DNA from: Selaginella moellendorffii
Lineage: Eukaryota > Plantae > Lycopodiophyta
Assembly: GCF_000143415.4 (NCBI RefSeq)
Contig: NW_003314279.1
Coordinates: forward strand, 2,172,191 to 2,236,190
Length of the DNA stretch: 64,000 bases
Reading direction: 5' to 3'
Made by a program: the position numbers and the translations under genes. Position 1 is the stretch's first letter. Each line of letters opens with the position of its first letter. The notes below the pieces were generated by a model. The model searched no databases. It was not told the origin of the DNA and saw only the letters and a list, made by a program, of their open reading frames with translations. Below are positions 50,510 to 61,600 of the stretch, in pieces.

Positions 50510-51166
50510 CCTCCTCAAAGTAGGATCCTAGCTATTCACAATCTCAGGTGTGACGGTAACGATCTCCGTTGTTCCTGGCTTGCAAAAAGAGACTAGAAAC
50601 ATACTGATATTTGTCACAAGGCCATTCTGTTTGAACAAGTTGTATATGTCCAGGTTGACATAATTGGATGCTATGCGGACAAGGTTCATTTGCTACAAAC
50701 AGCAAAGGGGGATTTCTCTGATCAAGTTGCAAGGGCCTACCCACTTGTGTGCTTCAAGTGTTTGGTGAACTATTTTTTTCCTTGTCCGCATAACAGTCTC
50801 TTGGAAGCACTTGTCCACCACATTGTCAGGAAGGTCTGGAACTCTTTTAGCTCTAAGCTATTCCTCAAGTTCCCTATTGTGAACACCACTACATTGCCCA
50901 ACTTTAGGGATTTACATTGGTGGTGGGCTAGTGAGGAGTAAAGGTGGAGGTGGTAGTGGTGATGGTGGGGGTGGTGGTGGTGGCAGTGGGGGCAGAGGCA
51001 ATAGTGGCAGTGGTAGTAGCAATGGTGGCAGTGGTGGTGGTGGAAGTGGTGATGGTGGTGGTGGAGGTGGCGATAGTGGTGGTGGAGGTGGTGATGGTGG
51101 AAGTGATGGTGGTGGAGGCAATGGATCTCTAAGTAAATATGTTTTTGTTGATATACTAATGGACAT
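50510..51166 (-). pseudogene. 5' part of cargo gene: poly-Pro region plus ParB-like N-terminal segment
   Basis: One frame with internal stops: MSISIST...PPPP...EIPLCCL*QMNLVRIA...NLFKQNGLVTNISMFLVSFCKPGTTEIVTVTPEIVNS*DPTLR. Cut by the LTR. Confidence 0.5.
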
Positions 51167-51329
51167 GTCAATTGTGATGTTGTTGTTAGTGCCAAATTGA
51201 ATTTCTTGTGTCTTCTTGGCTTCAACAACTTCTTTATGTTTTCCTTTTCTACAAAAGAAAAAATTTTATTAGTCAAACTAAATAAAGATAATAAGAAATT
51301 CAAATAGTCAAAGAGAAAAAAAAAATCAA

Positions 51330-51665
51330 GTGGGCCCAAACTCCACCTCAGGCACTTTAGGGGCTGGAGGGGCCAAGGTTATTTGAATAATGTTGGCCCC
51401 TTGGACAGCCAAAGTGCCCGAGGTGGCTAGCCCAAGCTCGACCTTAGGCACTTTGGCTGCCCATAGTGGCCAGCTTGGGCTCGACCTCGGGCATTTTGGC
51501 TTCCCGAGGGCCAAGGTTATTTAAATAACCTCGGCCTCTCGGGTGGCCAAAGTTCCCAAGGTGGCCGGCCTAGGCTCGACCTCGGGCACTTTGGCCACCC
51601 AAGAAGCCTAGGTTATTTAAATAACCTCAACCCCTCAGGCGGCCAAAGTGCCCAAGGTGGCTAGC
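51330..51665. repeat. Tandem array of ~90-bp GC-rich inverted repeats centred on AGGTTATTTAAATAACCT
   Basis: Perfect 18-bp palindromes at 51514-51531 and 51610-51627 and a degenerate one near 51376. Arms CCTCGGGCACTTTGGCC / GGCCAAAGTGCCC(G/A)AGG. Confidence 0.9.
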
Positions 51666-53091
51666 TCTAAAGAAGCAATCAAAAAAGAAGCAAGAAGAAA
51701 AAAACTAGAAGTGGAAGCAATCAAATTGAAATTCACCCTTGGTGGCATCTTTCCTTCCCGATCTCTCGATTGTGTTGGATTTCTCACACTCTCTCACTCT
51801 CTCTCTCAATCTCAACTCACGTTCACACTGGCATGCTCCATCTCCTGCACTCTCCCACACTTGATCTCTCCCACTTGCGCACTCAATCTTTTGCACTTGT
51901 GCACTCCACACTCAATCTCTTGATCTCTTGCAACTCATGGTGTGAAAAGTAACCTAATCTTAGTGGCTACCCTAACCCTAATCTTGATGGCTGCCCTAAC
52001 CCTAACCAATCTCTCATCCTGGCCGTTCATTTCGAATAACCTAAATCTCAACCATCACAATATATTCAATCTTATTTTATCTTATCATTATTATTATATG
52101 TGAATTATGGTTCTTTATTTTGTATATTTTAATGATGATATAACTAGCACCTATCAACATTTCTGTTATTAGAGATATGATATTATTTTTTACAAATTAT
52201 CTAGAAAGGATGCATTCTCATCAATATTTTGTACATATTTTGGAATTGTTACAAGAACTTTAAAGATTATAAATAAGACATGTTAAAATATGTTGTACTA
52301 TATCCATCTATGAATGGATGAATCCTTATCCAGAAATTTATTTTATGTTGTATTAGATTCTAAAAAATAGGCATGTGCTTTAAATGTCATTGAGCAGTGT
52401 TCATAATTATGGATAAAACTTGAGTTGTACTACGAATCAATTCTATCATTGAAGAATAAGATTTGATAATATTTATTATCATCTACCACTTAAAATTTGA
52501 CAACTTGATATATCACATGTACTGATAGTCAGATTGGATCTTTTGGTTTGACACACTATAGCAAAATGCCATTACTGGTATCATTATTAACTATTAAACT
52601 TCACGTGCTGAAAGTCTTTCCTTGGATCTATGTGTATACATGCATCAGGCATCATAATAAATGACAATAATATTAATATTGTCACACTTGCACATGTTAA
52701 ATTTGCTATAAAATTTAAATTCATTTTGTACATTGTTGATATTCTTCTTATTGCTCTATTTAAATTTCAATTATATTTCACTATAGAGTTTTACAAGCAG
52801 CATAAAGAGAGAGAACTCCAAAACTTATTGAGAAGGATAGAGAGGTTTCTTTTTCATTTTCAAGATCACCCACCTCTTTCATTCTCTCAGAGTATTGTTT
52901 CTGAAAGTTTTTTATGTCGGCGTTTTGATCTTCGTCTTAGCTCTATTTCTTTAGAGGTTGTGATTCGCAATGACACCAGTATAGTTGCATACTCAGAGTT
53001 TCTTTTTTTTGGTGTGGGCGAGGGTGGACAACAACAAGATTTACAAAATTCCAATTCAAAGGAGATTCAAGTTTTTGGATCTCCAATCAAA

Positions 53092-56000
53092 ATGCCAAAA
53101 TGCGCTCCAGCCAAAGTGAATGTGAAGCAAGAGTCAGTCGTTATCCTCTTGTCCTCTTCTAGTTCAAGTGAAGAAGTCATGCTAGTGTTGGTGCCAAATT
53201 CACCAGCACCAGCTCCAACTTCAGTAATATTCAAAGCCATTAGCAATGCTTTTCAATATAAGTAGCCAAAGGGAATGACTCTAGAGACGATCCATAGGGG
53301 TTCAAATATAGAGGGAAATGGCTCATGAAAAAAAGTGCACCCCCTTTTCCAATCGGTTAAGGGTCTTGGGATACTTGGGGTTAAGTGTCTTTGGGTTTGA
53401 ATTGTACTAGGCTGGGTGACCTCCCGGGAAATCCAAAAACTCAAGAGCTTACATTCAGTTTTCGTGCCTCTCAATCGACGTGCACTTATTTTTGTATAGG
53501 TTTGTGAGCAAGCTTCCATCCTCCTATAACAGTAACACTTTCTTCGAGTTACCACCTTTTGTCAGTAGCATAGGTTCTAAATAGAAGGGGATGGAAACCA
53601 AGCAAGATGTCCACAATTAGTGCAAGATCAATACCACACATTTCCAACATTTTGAAGGCACAATGTCTATAGTTCATTATGGCAGGCATTTAGATTGCTT
53701 GGATAAAGCATGCAATTGAGACTGTTGTAGAAATTCTATATTTTTCGAAGGGTCTGTAGTCAATCCTCCAGCCTATAACACCATTATTGTTGGATTCAAG
53801 TGTCAGTTTTACAAAAATGCTCCTCTATGTCATGCTATCTGGAAGGCCAAGATGTACTACTTTCTTCCACGGGATGGAGTGGTTGGAAGAGCTATAGTGC
53901 ATGTTAGCACATATATACATCCAATGCAGGAAGGGATACAAAGAAGTTCTCTTAACCATTTTCAAATATGCTATGCAGGAAGAGACCATGAGAAACTCAT
54001 TTGCAACTCTGAAACATGTTCAGAAGACTGTCCTCAAGGATTTTATCATAAACACTTTACTCAACTATACAAGGCTAATTTGTAGGACTTACTACAAGGA
54101 GTACAACCTACTACTAGCCTAAGGAGGTACATCCATTATATTTCATACATTATAATAATATCTTTTTCTTACATTATATTGTTTAAGATAAAATCTTGGA
54201 TGTGTGAATCTCGAGAGGGGAAGTTGCAATAAAAAATTAACTCCATCCTTGAATTGAAATGGACCTATCCATACAAGTTCATCCACGGAAGTTTGTTTCC
54301 AGACCAAGTTGTGAATGAGCAAGAGTGCCCCTTCATTTTCAAAATGTCTACTATGGGCCTTGCCTTTGGTGTAGATTTTGTCTCCTGAATGGACATGTTT
54401 GGGTCTAATGACTTTGCAAATACATAGGTACATTTTGACCATATAGAGTGCATATCGGGTTGGACAACATGAGAGCTCATGTGTATGATTCAAGGTAATT
54501 TTTATTCTTATTATATTGAAATTGTTGTAATATTTGTGTTTTCACAAGCTACATTGTAAATTAACAATTGCGATAGTAGAGTTTAAAGTACAAGACCAGA
54601 CAACCCAAAAAATATTTTGGAAGTCCCTTTCCGATATTGTCCTAAAGTAGACTGGTAAGCCTACAAACTTTTTTGGTTTCATGGTAAATGGGGCTGGTGC
54701 AAATTGGAATGGTGTCCGAGTAGTTTTTGGGAATGGTCAGCCATTGGAAGGTCATGAGAAGACTTGTGAGTTCCATTGGGCTTAAAGTCTAAACCAGTAC
54801 TACCACCTTATTAAGCCAGAGTTTCAATCAATGTTTAAGGAGTTGTGCAAACAATGGCAGGTTGCACATTTTGAAGAAAAGTATGAGGCAAAAGCAAACA
54901 AGATCCAAATGTGGTGGCATGAAGATGGCCATACACATGTAAGCTGCCTATCACAACTTGAGTCATGGTTAGGGTGGTGGGAAGTTAGGATGTTCCAGTG
55001 GGGACATCACTCTTTTCAAGTTGGTTTCTATTTTTTCTTCTCATTTTATTACCTCTTAATATTGCCTTTTCCATTAGGATCAACCACTTGAGGACCTCAC
55101 ATACACCCTAATTGTGAATCTTTTTGAAAGTAAGCACTAGAGTTGGCATTCCTCTGAGGCAAGGAAAGGGAAGATAAGTCTATATGAAGCTTATCTATCA
55201 AATTTGGTACACATTATAGAGCAATCTTCAAAAGCATTGGCATTTAAGGAAGGAAGATATATAGAAATAGGGCTTTTTGTTGAAATGTTACATGATAGGA
55301 TGAAGAGAAAATTAACTCCACCTGCCCGAACAGTGGCAACTGCAGTTGAAGAAGTGGTCCGTGGCACATCTATAGAGTACACTCCCCAGGCTTCTATTGG
55401 TGATATGAAGATTGTTCGCTCAAAGCATCATTTTCCCTTTGCTGGTGAAGATGTTGGTACGGACCTTGGAGCGAAAAGCTCTCACAAGCCTGATGTTGAG
55501 TACCATTTTGCTCCAAGACACCACTCTTGGACTGAGCCACCTCAAGTGGCTGATGAAGAGAGTGCATCACAACAGGTTGAAATTGCTTACCGTAGTGTGG
55601 AGCTGAAGCAATAGGCAAATCTGATACATGCTAGCAAAATCGAATGTAAGGTGTGTGGGGATGCTTCTAAGCTTAGATTCGTGGTGACAAATCTGCTTTT
55701 GTTCCAACCCCATGTTTCTATGGGGAACAAAAGCAAGCAAGATTTTCGAGATGGTGTTGGCTGTATTGTTGCAACACCAACACCAACCATACAAAGTGGC
55801 TTGAAGACACTATAGTGACTAAACCTGATGTAGTATCTAAAGAATGGCCGGTTGCTAATGGGCCAGTTGCTCACCTCGGATGAAATTGAAAACCTTGAGA
55901 AATTTGGTTTCAATCTTGAGAGGAGAGTTGGAAACATGAGTGATAGAACTAGGACTATTCCTATAGAGATGTATAGGAGGCTAGCATGAAAAGGTAAGGT

Positions 56001-56344
56001 AGTTAAATTTATTGGTACCATCTCCAAGCAGAAGCAAGGTAAAATAAAATTCACTCAAACACTTTAAGTATGCGATTCTCTCCACGAAGTACATCATTGT
56101 GCTTGCAAAGGAGTACATAGTCAAAACAGAAGGTGGAGAGTACACAATTGCCATTCAAGATTTTCCTTCTTGCACATGTCCAGACGTTACAGAGCACAAG
56201 GAATATGGGAAGGCATATACTCCTTGCAAACATATGTACTATATTTTCATCAATATTTTGCACCAATATCCTAAAGTGGATATTCATATACACCAAACAA
56301 GCTTTACTATTGCTAAGTTGCAGAAAACTTTTGGAGCTAATTAA
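53092..56344 (+). pseudogene. Decayed Mutator-like DDE transposase with C-terminal SWIM zinc finger
   Basis: HFDH (first D), GFMVNGAGANWNGVRVVFG (second D decayed), TCEFHW (CxxH), NLFESKH (E) and SWIM CTCPD...CKHMYY. Contains introns and stops. Confidence 0.8.
53257..53453 (+). mobile_element. Cassandra-type TRIM solo LTR containing 5S rRNA-like sequence
   Basis: GTTAAGTGTCTTTGGG...GTACTAGGCTGGGTGACCTCCCGGGAAATCC resembles the 5S A/C box region. TSD TTCAA/TTCAG. Confidence 0.85.
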
Positions 56345-56569
56345 ATTTCTCTAACACTATTAATGTTTATTCTCTATCAATAATATAAACTTATTATACT
56401 TTATATAATTAATAAAAAAGTGTTTTTTCATTTTATATGCTTCCAAGTGTTCTTTTCGCAATACTGCCTATAGTACTTGTGTGTTTCCATTTCTGTCTTT
56501 ACCATCTCAAAAAAGATTTTATGGTAGCCTTTCGAGTGCGTGATATTGCAATGTGTTGTGAGAATATAT

Positions 56570-56826
56570 TGTAAGCAACCAAAGGGAATGACTCGAGAGA
56601 CGATCCATTGGGGTTCAAATATAGAGGGAAAGGGCCCATGAACAAGAGTGCACCCCTTTTTCCAATCGGTTAAGGGTTTTAGGATATTTGGAATTAAGCG
56701 TCTTTGGGTTTGAATAGTACTGGGCTGGGTGACTTCCTGGGAAGTCCAAACTCAAGAGGTTACATTTGGTATCAGAGGGGTCTCGAGTCCAACTCTGTTG
56801 GTTGGCTAAGGGAATCACACCACATG
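56570..56826 (+). mobile_element. Cassandra-type TRIM 5' LTR + PBS, truncated
   Basis: LTR TGTAAG...TTACA at 56570-56764 with a 5S-like core. PBS TGGTATCAGAG at 56767-56777. Confidence 0.85.
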
Positions 56827-57698
56827 AAGTCCAAAATCAGGAGCTTACATATATATACCATCATACTAATCATCACCATTGTTTCCGATAGAAAACATAC
56901 GATAGACAATAGAAAATATATAGGGCATTTTTTGAAAGTGGCAGAATTGCACTTTTCTAAAATAAGTAAGAGGGCATTCTTTTCCACCCAATTTTTTGCA
57001 CCCTCTATCATTGTATTTATTTTCAACTCATAATCACTATCCTCACCATCTTCTCTTTCATTCTCTTATGTGGTTTGGTTATGTTGTGCAATATTTTACA
57101 TCTCCTAGCCCTTGAACCCTGGGAAGAAAGATTTTGAGAGTTGGAATTACCAACACTAGAACCCATAGACATTTGTGTGTATTTGCCTTTTTTCGAATGA
57201 GAGTGTGAATGAAAATTTATAAATTCTAGATAGTATATTATGATAAACCTCTCAAGAATGTATTCTAAAAAAGAACCAAGTCTTTCTTTTATATGCAATA
57301 AGCTTATATCAATGGTTATTTTTTTTCTTTTCAAATAGTTATATGGCTTTACATAGAATCTTATTTCAAATTTAATAAATTTTTAATTCTGATAAACCTA
57401 ACATTTATTAGCCAAAAAGCATAAAGTACAGATTTAAAGAAGTGACAAGAATACTTTTGCTGTAAACATCTTATTTTGTATTCTAACAACATCCCTATTA
57501 TGGCATGTAGTAAATACTTAAATTGTTAGAACAAGAAGTATCCTTTAGAACATTTTTTATTTATATAATATGTAAAGAGTTATGAAATTATTAAGTTCTC
57601 TATAACCTTAATATTTAAAAGTTTTTTAATATTTATATTAAACTACAATTAAAACTTCAGCTCAACTTTTCAACTCGTGAGCTCAAGTATAGTCCACA

Positions 57699-57958
57699 CT
57701 CCATCCATGGTCATGTTTGCCAACACTGTCACTAAGTTGGGGCTTGAAGGCCCAACCACTACTTTCTATTGATCTCTAGGACTTCCTTGCTGCATGATTG
57801 TATCTTTGGTCATTACACAAGAGGATTGCTTCTCTTTCTTTCCACAATCTAAGACTTTAAAACAACATTTCAAAACACTATGGCCTTACTCTCCCCACCT
57901 TCCGCCCTTAGGTGCTTTAGCGATATGGCTAGAATAAGGTTCTAATGAGCCATGCTAG
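57699..57958 (-). repeat. Continuation of the split LTR (right part)
   Basis: Collinear with 43676-43952. Confidence 0.8.
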
Positions 57959-58465
57959 TGTAATCTCTTGAATTTAGACTTCTTGAGAAGTCACTTAGCC
58001 TAGTACTATTCAAACCTAAGAACACTTAATGCCAAGTATCCTAAGACCTTTAACCAATTAGAAAACGGGGTGCACTCTTGTTCATAAGCCATTTCCCTTT
58101 ATATTTAAATCCTTATTGATTTGCTCTCAAATTGTTCCTTTTAGTTGCTTATAATCCACTATGCTTCCCTGCAAGTTCACACCCTCGTGAATGAAAGCTA
58201 AGAGTCGTAGCTTTTCCGAGAGCCCCACTATCTTGACACGTACTCAAACTAGACTTACTAGATATCAATTAACATGTGGTGTAATTCCCCTAAGCTAACT
58301 AACAGAGTTGGACCCAAGACCTCTCTAATACCAAATGTAAGCTCTTAAATTTAGACTTCCCAGGAGGTCACTCATCCTAGTACTATTCAAACCCAAAGAT
58401 GTTTAACCCCAATTATCCCAAGACCCTTAACTGATTGGAAAAACAAGTGCATTTTTATTCATAGA
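57959..58465 (-). mobile_element. Cassandra-type TRIM, nearly complete
   Basis: LTR 57959-58153, ~180-bp interior with a PBS near 58323-58333, and a second LTR from 58336 that is cut by a Copia-family LTR. Confidence 0.85.
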
Positions 58466-58673
58466 TATAGCACACGTGGTTTTTACCCTTTATCCTATAG
58501 TGATTTACCATAGGATAACACCACGAAGCGGAACCTAAACCCTCTTTGTGCCATGTGATAGATGCCACGTGTCACATGCCACATATCCATAGGACAGTGG
58601 TGTGGAACCCGAGGTTCAAGGCCTTGGGCCACTGAACGAAGGAACAGTGCCAAACTCCCAAGCATGGAGCCAA
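58466..58673 (-). repeat. Copia-family LTR fragment interrupted by an element of its own family
   Basis: Near-identical to 58674-58882. Confidence 0.75.
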
Positions 58674-61600
58674 TGTAGCGCATATGGTTTTGACCCTTTA
58701 TCCTATGGTGATTTACCATACGATAACACCACGAAGCGGAACCTAAACCCTCTTTATGCCACGTGACAGATGCCACGTGTCACATGCCACGTGTCCATGC
58801 CATGTGTCCATAGAAACCCGAGGTTCAAGGCCTTGGGCCATTGAACGAAGGAACAGTGCCAAACTCCCAAGCGTGGAGCCAAGGAGTGATGGAACTGGAC
58901 CACAGAGCAACTCCTGAGCATATAGCCCAAGGAGCGAAGGGACAGGAGCCCGGAGCGACTTGGAACAGTCCTGGAGCAACCAGCATCCCAATGCCAGGAC
59001 CAGCACGCAAAACGGAGCCAAACGGAGTCTGGCGCTATTTCGGCATACCGGTGGCCTAACATGAGGATATGGGTACTCCACCAGCTAGCATGGAATGGAA
59101 CTTGGGCTTAGACCCAAGCCAGACGCAGAACAAGGACAGGCACGCAAGCGGGAGCTAGACTATGCCTCAGGTTGGTCGGCCATGCCCGACCTACCCACTA
59201 TCCCTACTATACATTTGGAACCCCCCACATCCCTCCCCCCCCTTGAGGAACACACGCTTTGGGCTTTCACCCCAAGCCTCCCTTAGTATCAGGAGTTAGT
59301 CTCTGGGACAAGCTCAAAACTTACTAAATATGGAATGTCCCTAGATTGCAAATTTGGACACGGAACGAACACCATTGTGTTCAGGACGATCTCTACATTC
59401 CATAGATATGCCAAATGAGCAAATCTGGACACTTTCCATAAATAGTATCTAGGACGAATTAAGACTAACACAAAGGGCATGATAGCGAGGGTGTTTGGCA
59501 GACACGGTAAGCTATCATCTAGCGATGTTGAGGGACCAATCTCAATATCGCGGGGGTTCTTGATACTAGCAAGTGCAAGCCAATGACTCAAGTTTCTCAA
59601 ACCAGGCCGAGTATGCTCAGCAAGAAACACATAGGGTTCCTACCTTATGTTTATCCAATCTAAGTGCATGGTCATTGACCAGTTTCTCAACTAGCTCAAG
59701 TGGGAACTGATAACGGGTCCAGCAATACCGACCTCCTGCTATCGCGGCAGTAAGGTAAGAGTGTTCGTAAGGACTGGTTGACAGGTAACTTTCGATACCC
59801 GAAGTCACATTCGCGACACTCTCCCCCCCTTGGGAAGATCGACGTCCTCGTCGATGCATACTTGAGTCTAGAATACCGCCAAGGAAACAACTCCAGAAAA
59901 AGTTTACGGTACTCACACTATGTGAGAAATGCACCAACTTAAATGAGTTAGGGGGCAACCTCTTTGTCTAACGCGGATGCGCTACCAGCTCAGACACCTT
60001 CCGGCCGTCACCGACAAGGAAATGACCAACGGAGTTAGCCACCCTTGCTACTCTGGGTGTCACCCAGCTACAAAAGTGTGATATGCCTTGCCCGCAGAGA
60101 CATAGAGAGAGAAGCTAGAGGCCCCAACCCTCCTGAGCAAAGAAACCAAACCCGTCGGTAAGGTTTAGATAGACTACTGTAAATAGGCAGTTAGAGTTGT
60201 TTACACGGTCACGCCCTTTCAACAAAATAAGGAACATCGACAGAGAGGCAGGTGATGTGACCAGTCGACAGTAGCTACCCCATGACTAGAGATTTCAACA
60301 TGCACACGAAGTGCCGAAGCCAGTTTGCCGATACCGGCCCAAACTCAAAGATCAATAGATGGACAATATCAAAGTCAGAGACAATGATATCTAAGAAGCT
60401 CAATTACTAGTGATTATATCTTAGAGTAGAACACAAAAGTATTCTAAGCAAGTTATCATCCGATAAACCAGTAGTATTGTAGATAGGAACCACCAAGATC
60501 ATCATAATTTGGCAAACATAGGAATGACCATCCAACAAAATTCAATAGCTAGTATATCATCAAGGAAACTCAATGATGAAACTTAACTACCGAAGATAGT
60601 AGACAGTAAGCTAACAACTTACTAGAGAGAACTCAAAGAACACAAAGTATCATTGACTAACAAGCACAATGCTCGCGAATGTATCACCCAAAGGAAATAA
60701 CATCCTAATCTATGAGAACTAACTCGAGCAATAATCAACAGAAGAGAATGAATGTGGTAAGACCAACAAACACTCATTCCTGCCAACTATCACAAAAGCC
60801 AATCTAAATAGATCCCAGCCAACAATACCAAGGAACTCAAGTTGCCTAAGCAAGCGTCAACAACATCCTACTGACGTCTCAAACCCAAGAGACCAATCCA
60901 GAGCAAACCACAAAGAACATGTGGTATTGCGAAAAGCCAAAAACCATCAAAGAGAACAACCAACTATCATGAAAGATCGTCAATTAGCCCATCAATGTAG
61001 TGATGTATAATCATTGTTGAAGAAAGAATCTACCATCCCGAAGAATAGCAAATAATTTCAAACCAACAATAATTAAGCAAAACTTGTGATAAGGACAATC
61101 AACTACCCTAGATGATAGACAATCATCACCAATGATTGCCAGATGCAAAGCCAACTTCAACATCGAAGCTAATGAGCCAAAATGCCCTCCCCAACAACTT
61201 CTAACAAATGGAACAATGAGCATAAAACTCAAAGAACCAAAGCTCGAAGAAGCCTATAGCCAAGTCTTGCCTAATAATGATCACAAGTCTCATAAAAGCT
61301 AACTTCAATGTGAAAGAAGAAATCGTGATGCAACTCACAATATCTTCCTCAACACATCCATAAGCCAAACTTCATAATGCCAAAGCTAATGAAGAGAGTA
61401 TTTGCATCAATCCAAAAGCTAAGTATAACGAAGCTATGCTCAACAAGTGATCATCAAACGATCCTCCATGAATCTATCTATAGCAAGACATAACTCACTT
61501 CATAACAAGCCCAAAAAGAATCATTAATGATCGCTATATCCCGAACTCAAATCCAGCAAGGACTCAACATTCTAATATCGATCATTAACTCTTCCTCTCG

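Larger units (their letters stand above)
39743..57698. mobile_element. Large Mutator-like DNA transposon with cargo genes and nested insertions
   Basis: Interrupts a collinear LTR. Direct repeat CTCCATCCAT at 39733-39742 and 57699-57708. Weak TTGAG-rich inverted termini. Contains a SWIM-DDE transposase. Confidence 0.75.

Noticed and set aside
50770-51339. His-rich and Gly-rich ORFs
   Set aside because: Alternative frames of the (CCA)n poly-Pro tract.
51330-51665. CRISPR-like array
   Set aside because: No unique spacers, no cas genes, and a eukaryotic context.
53370-53440. 5S rRNA gene
   Set aside because: Only a partial internal segment embedded in an LTR (Cassandra-type).
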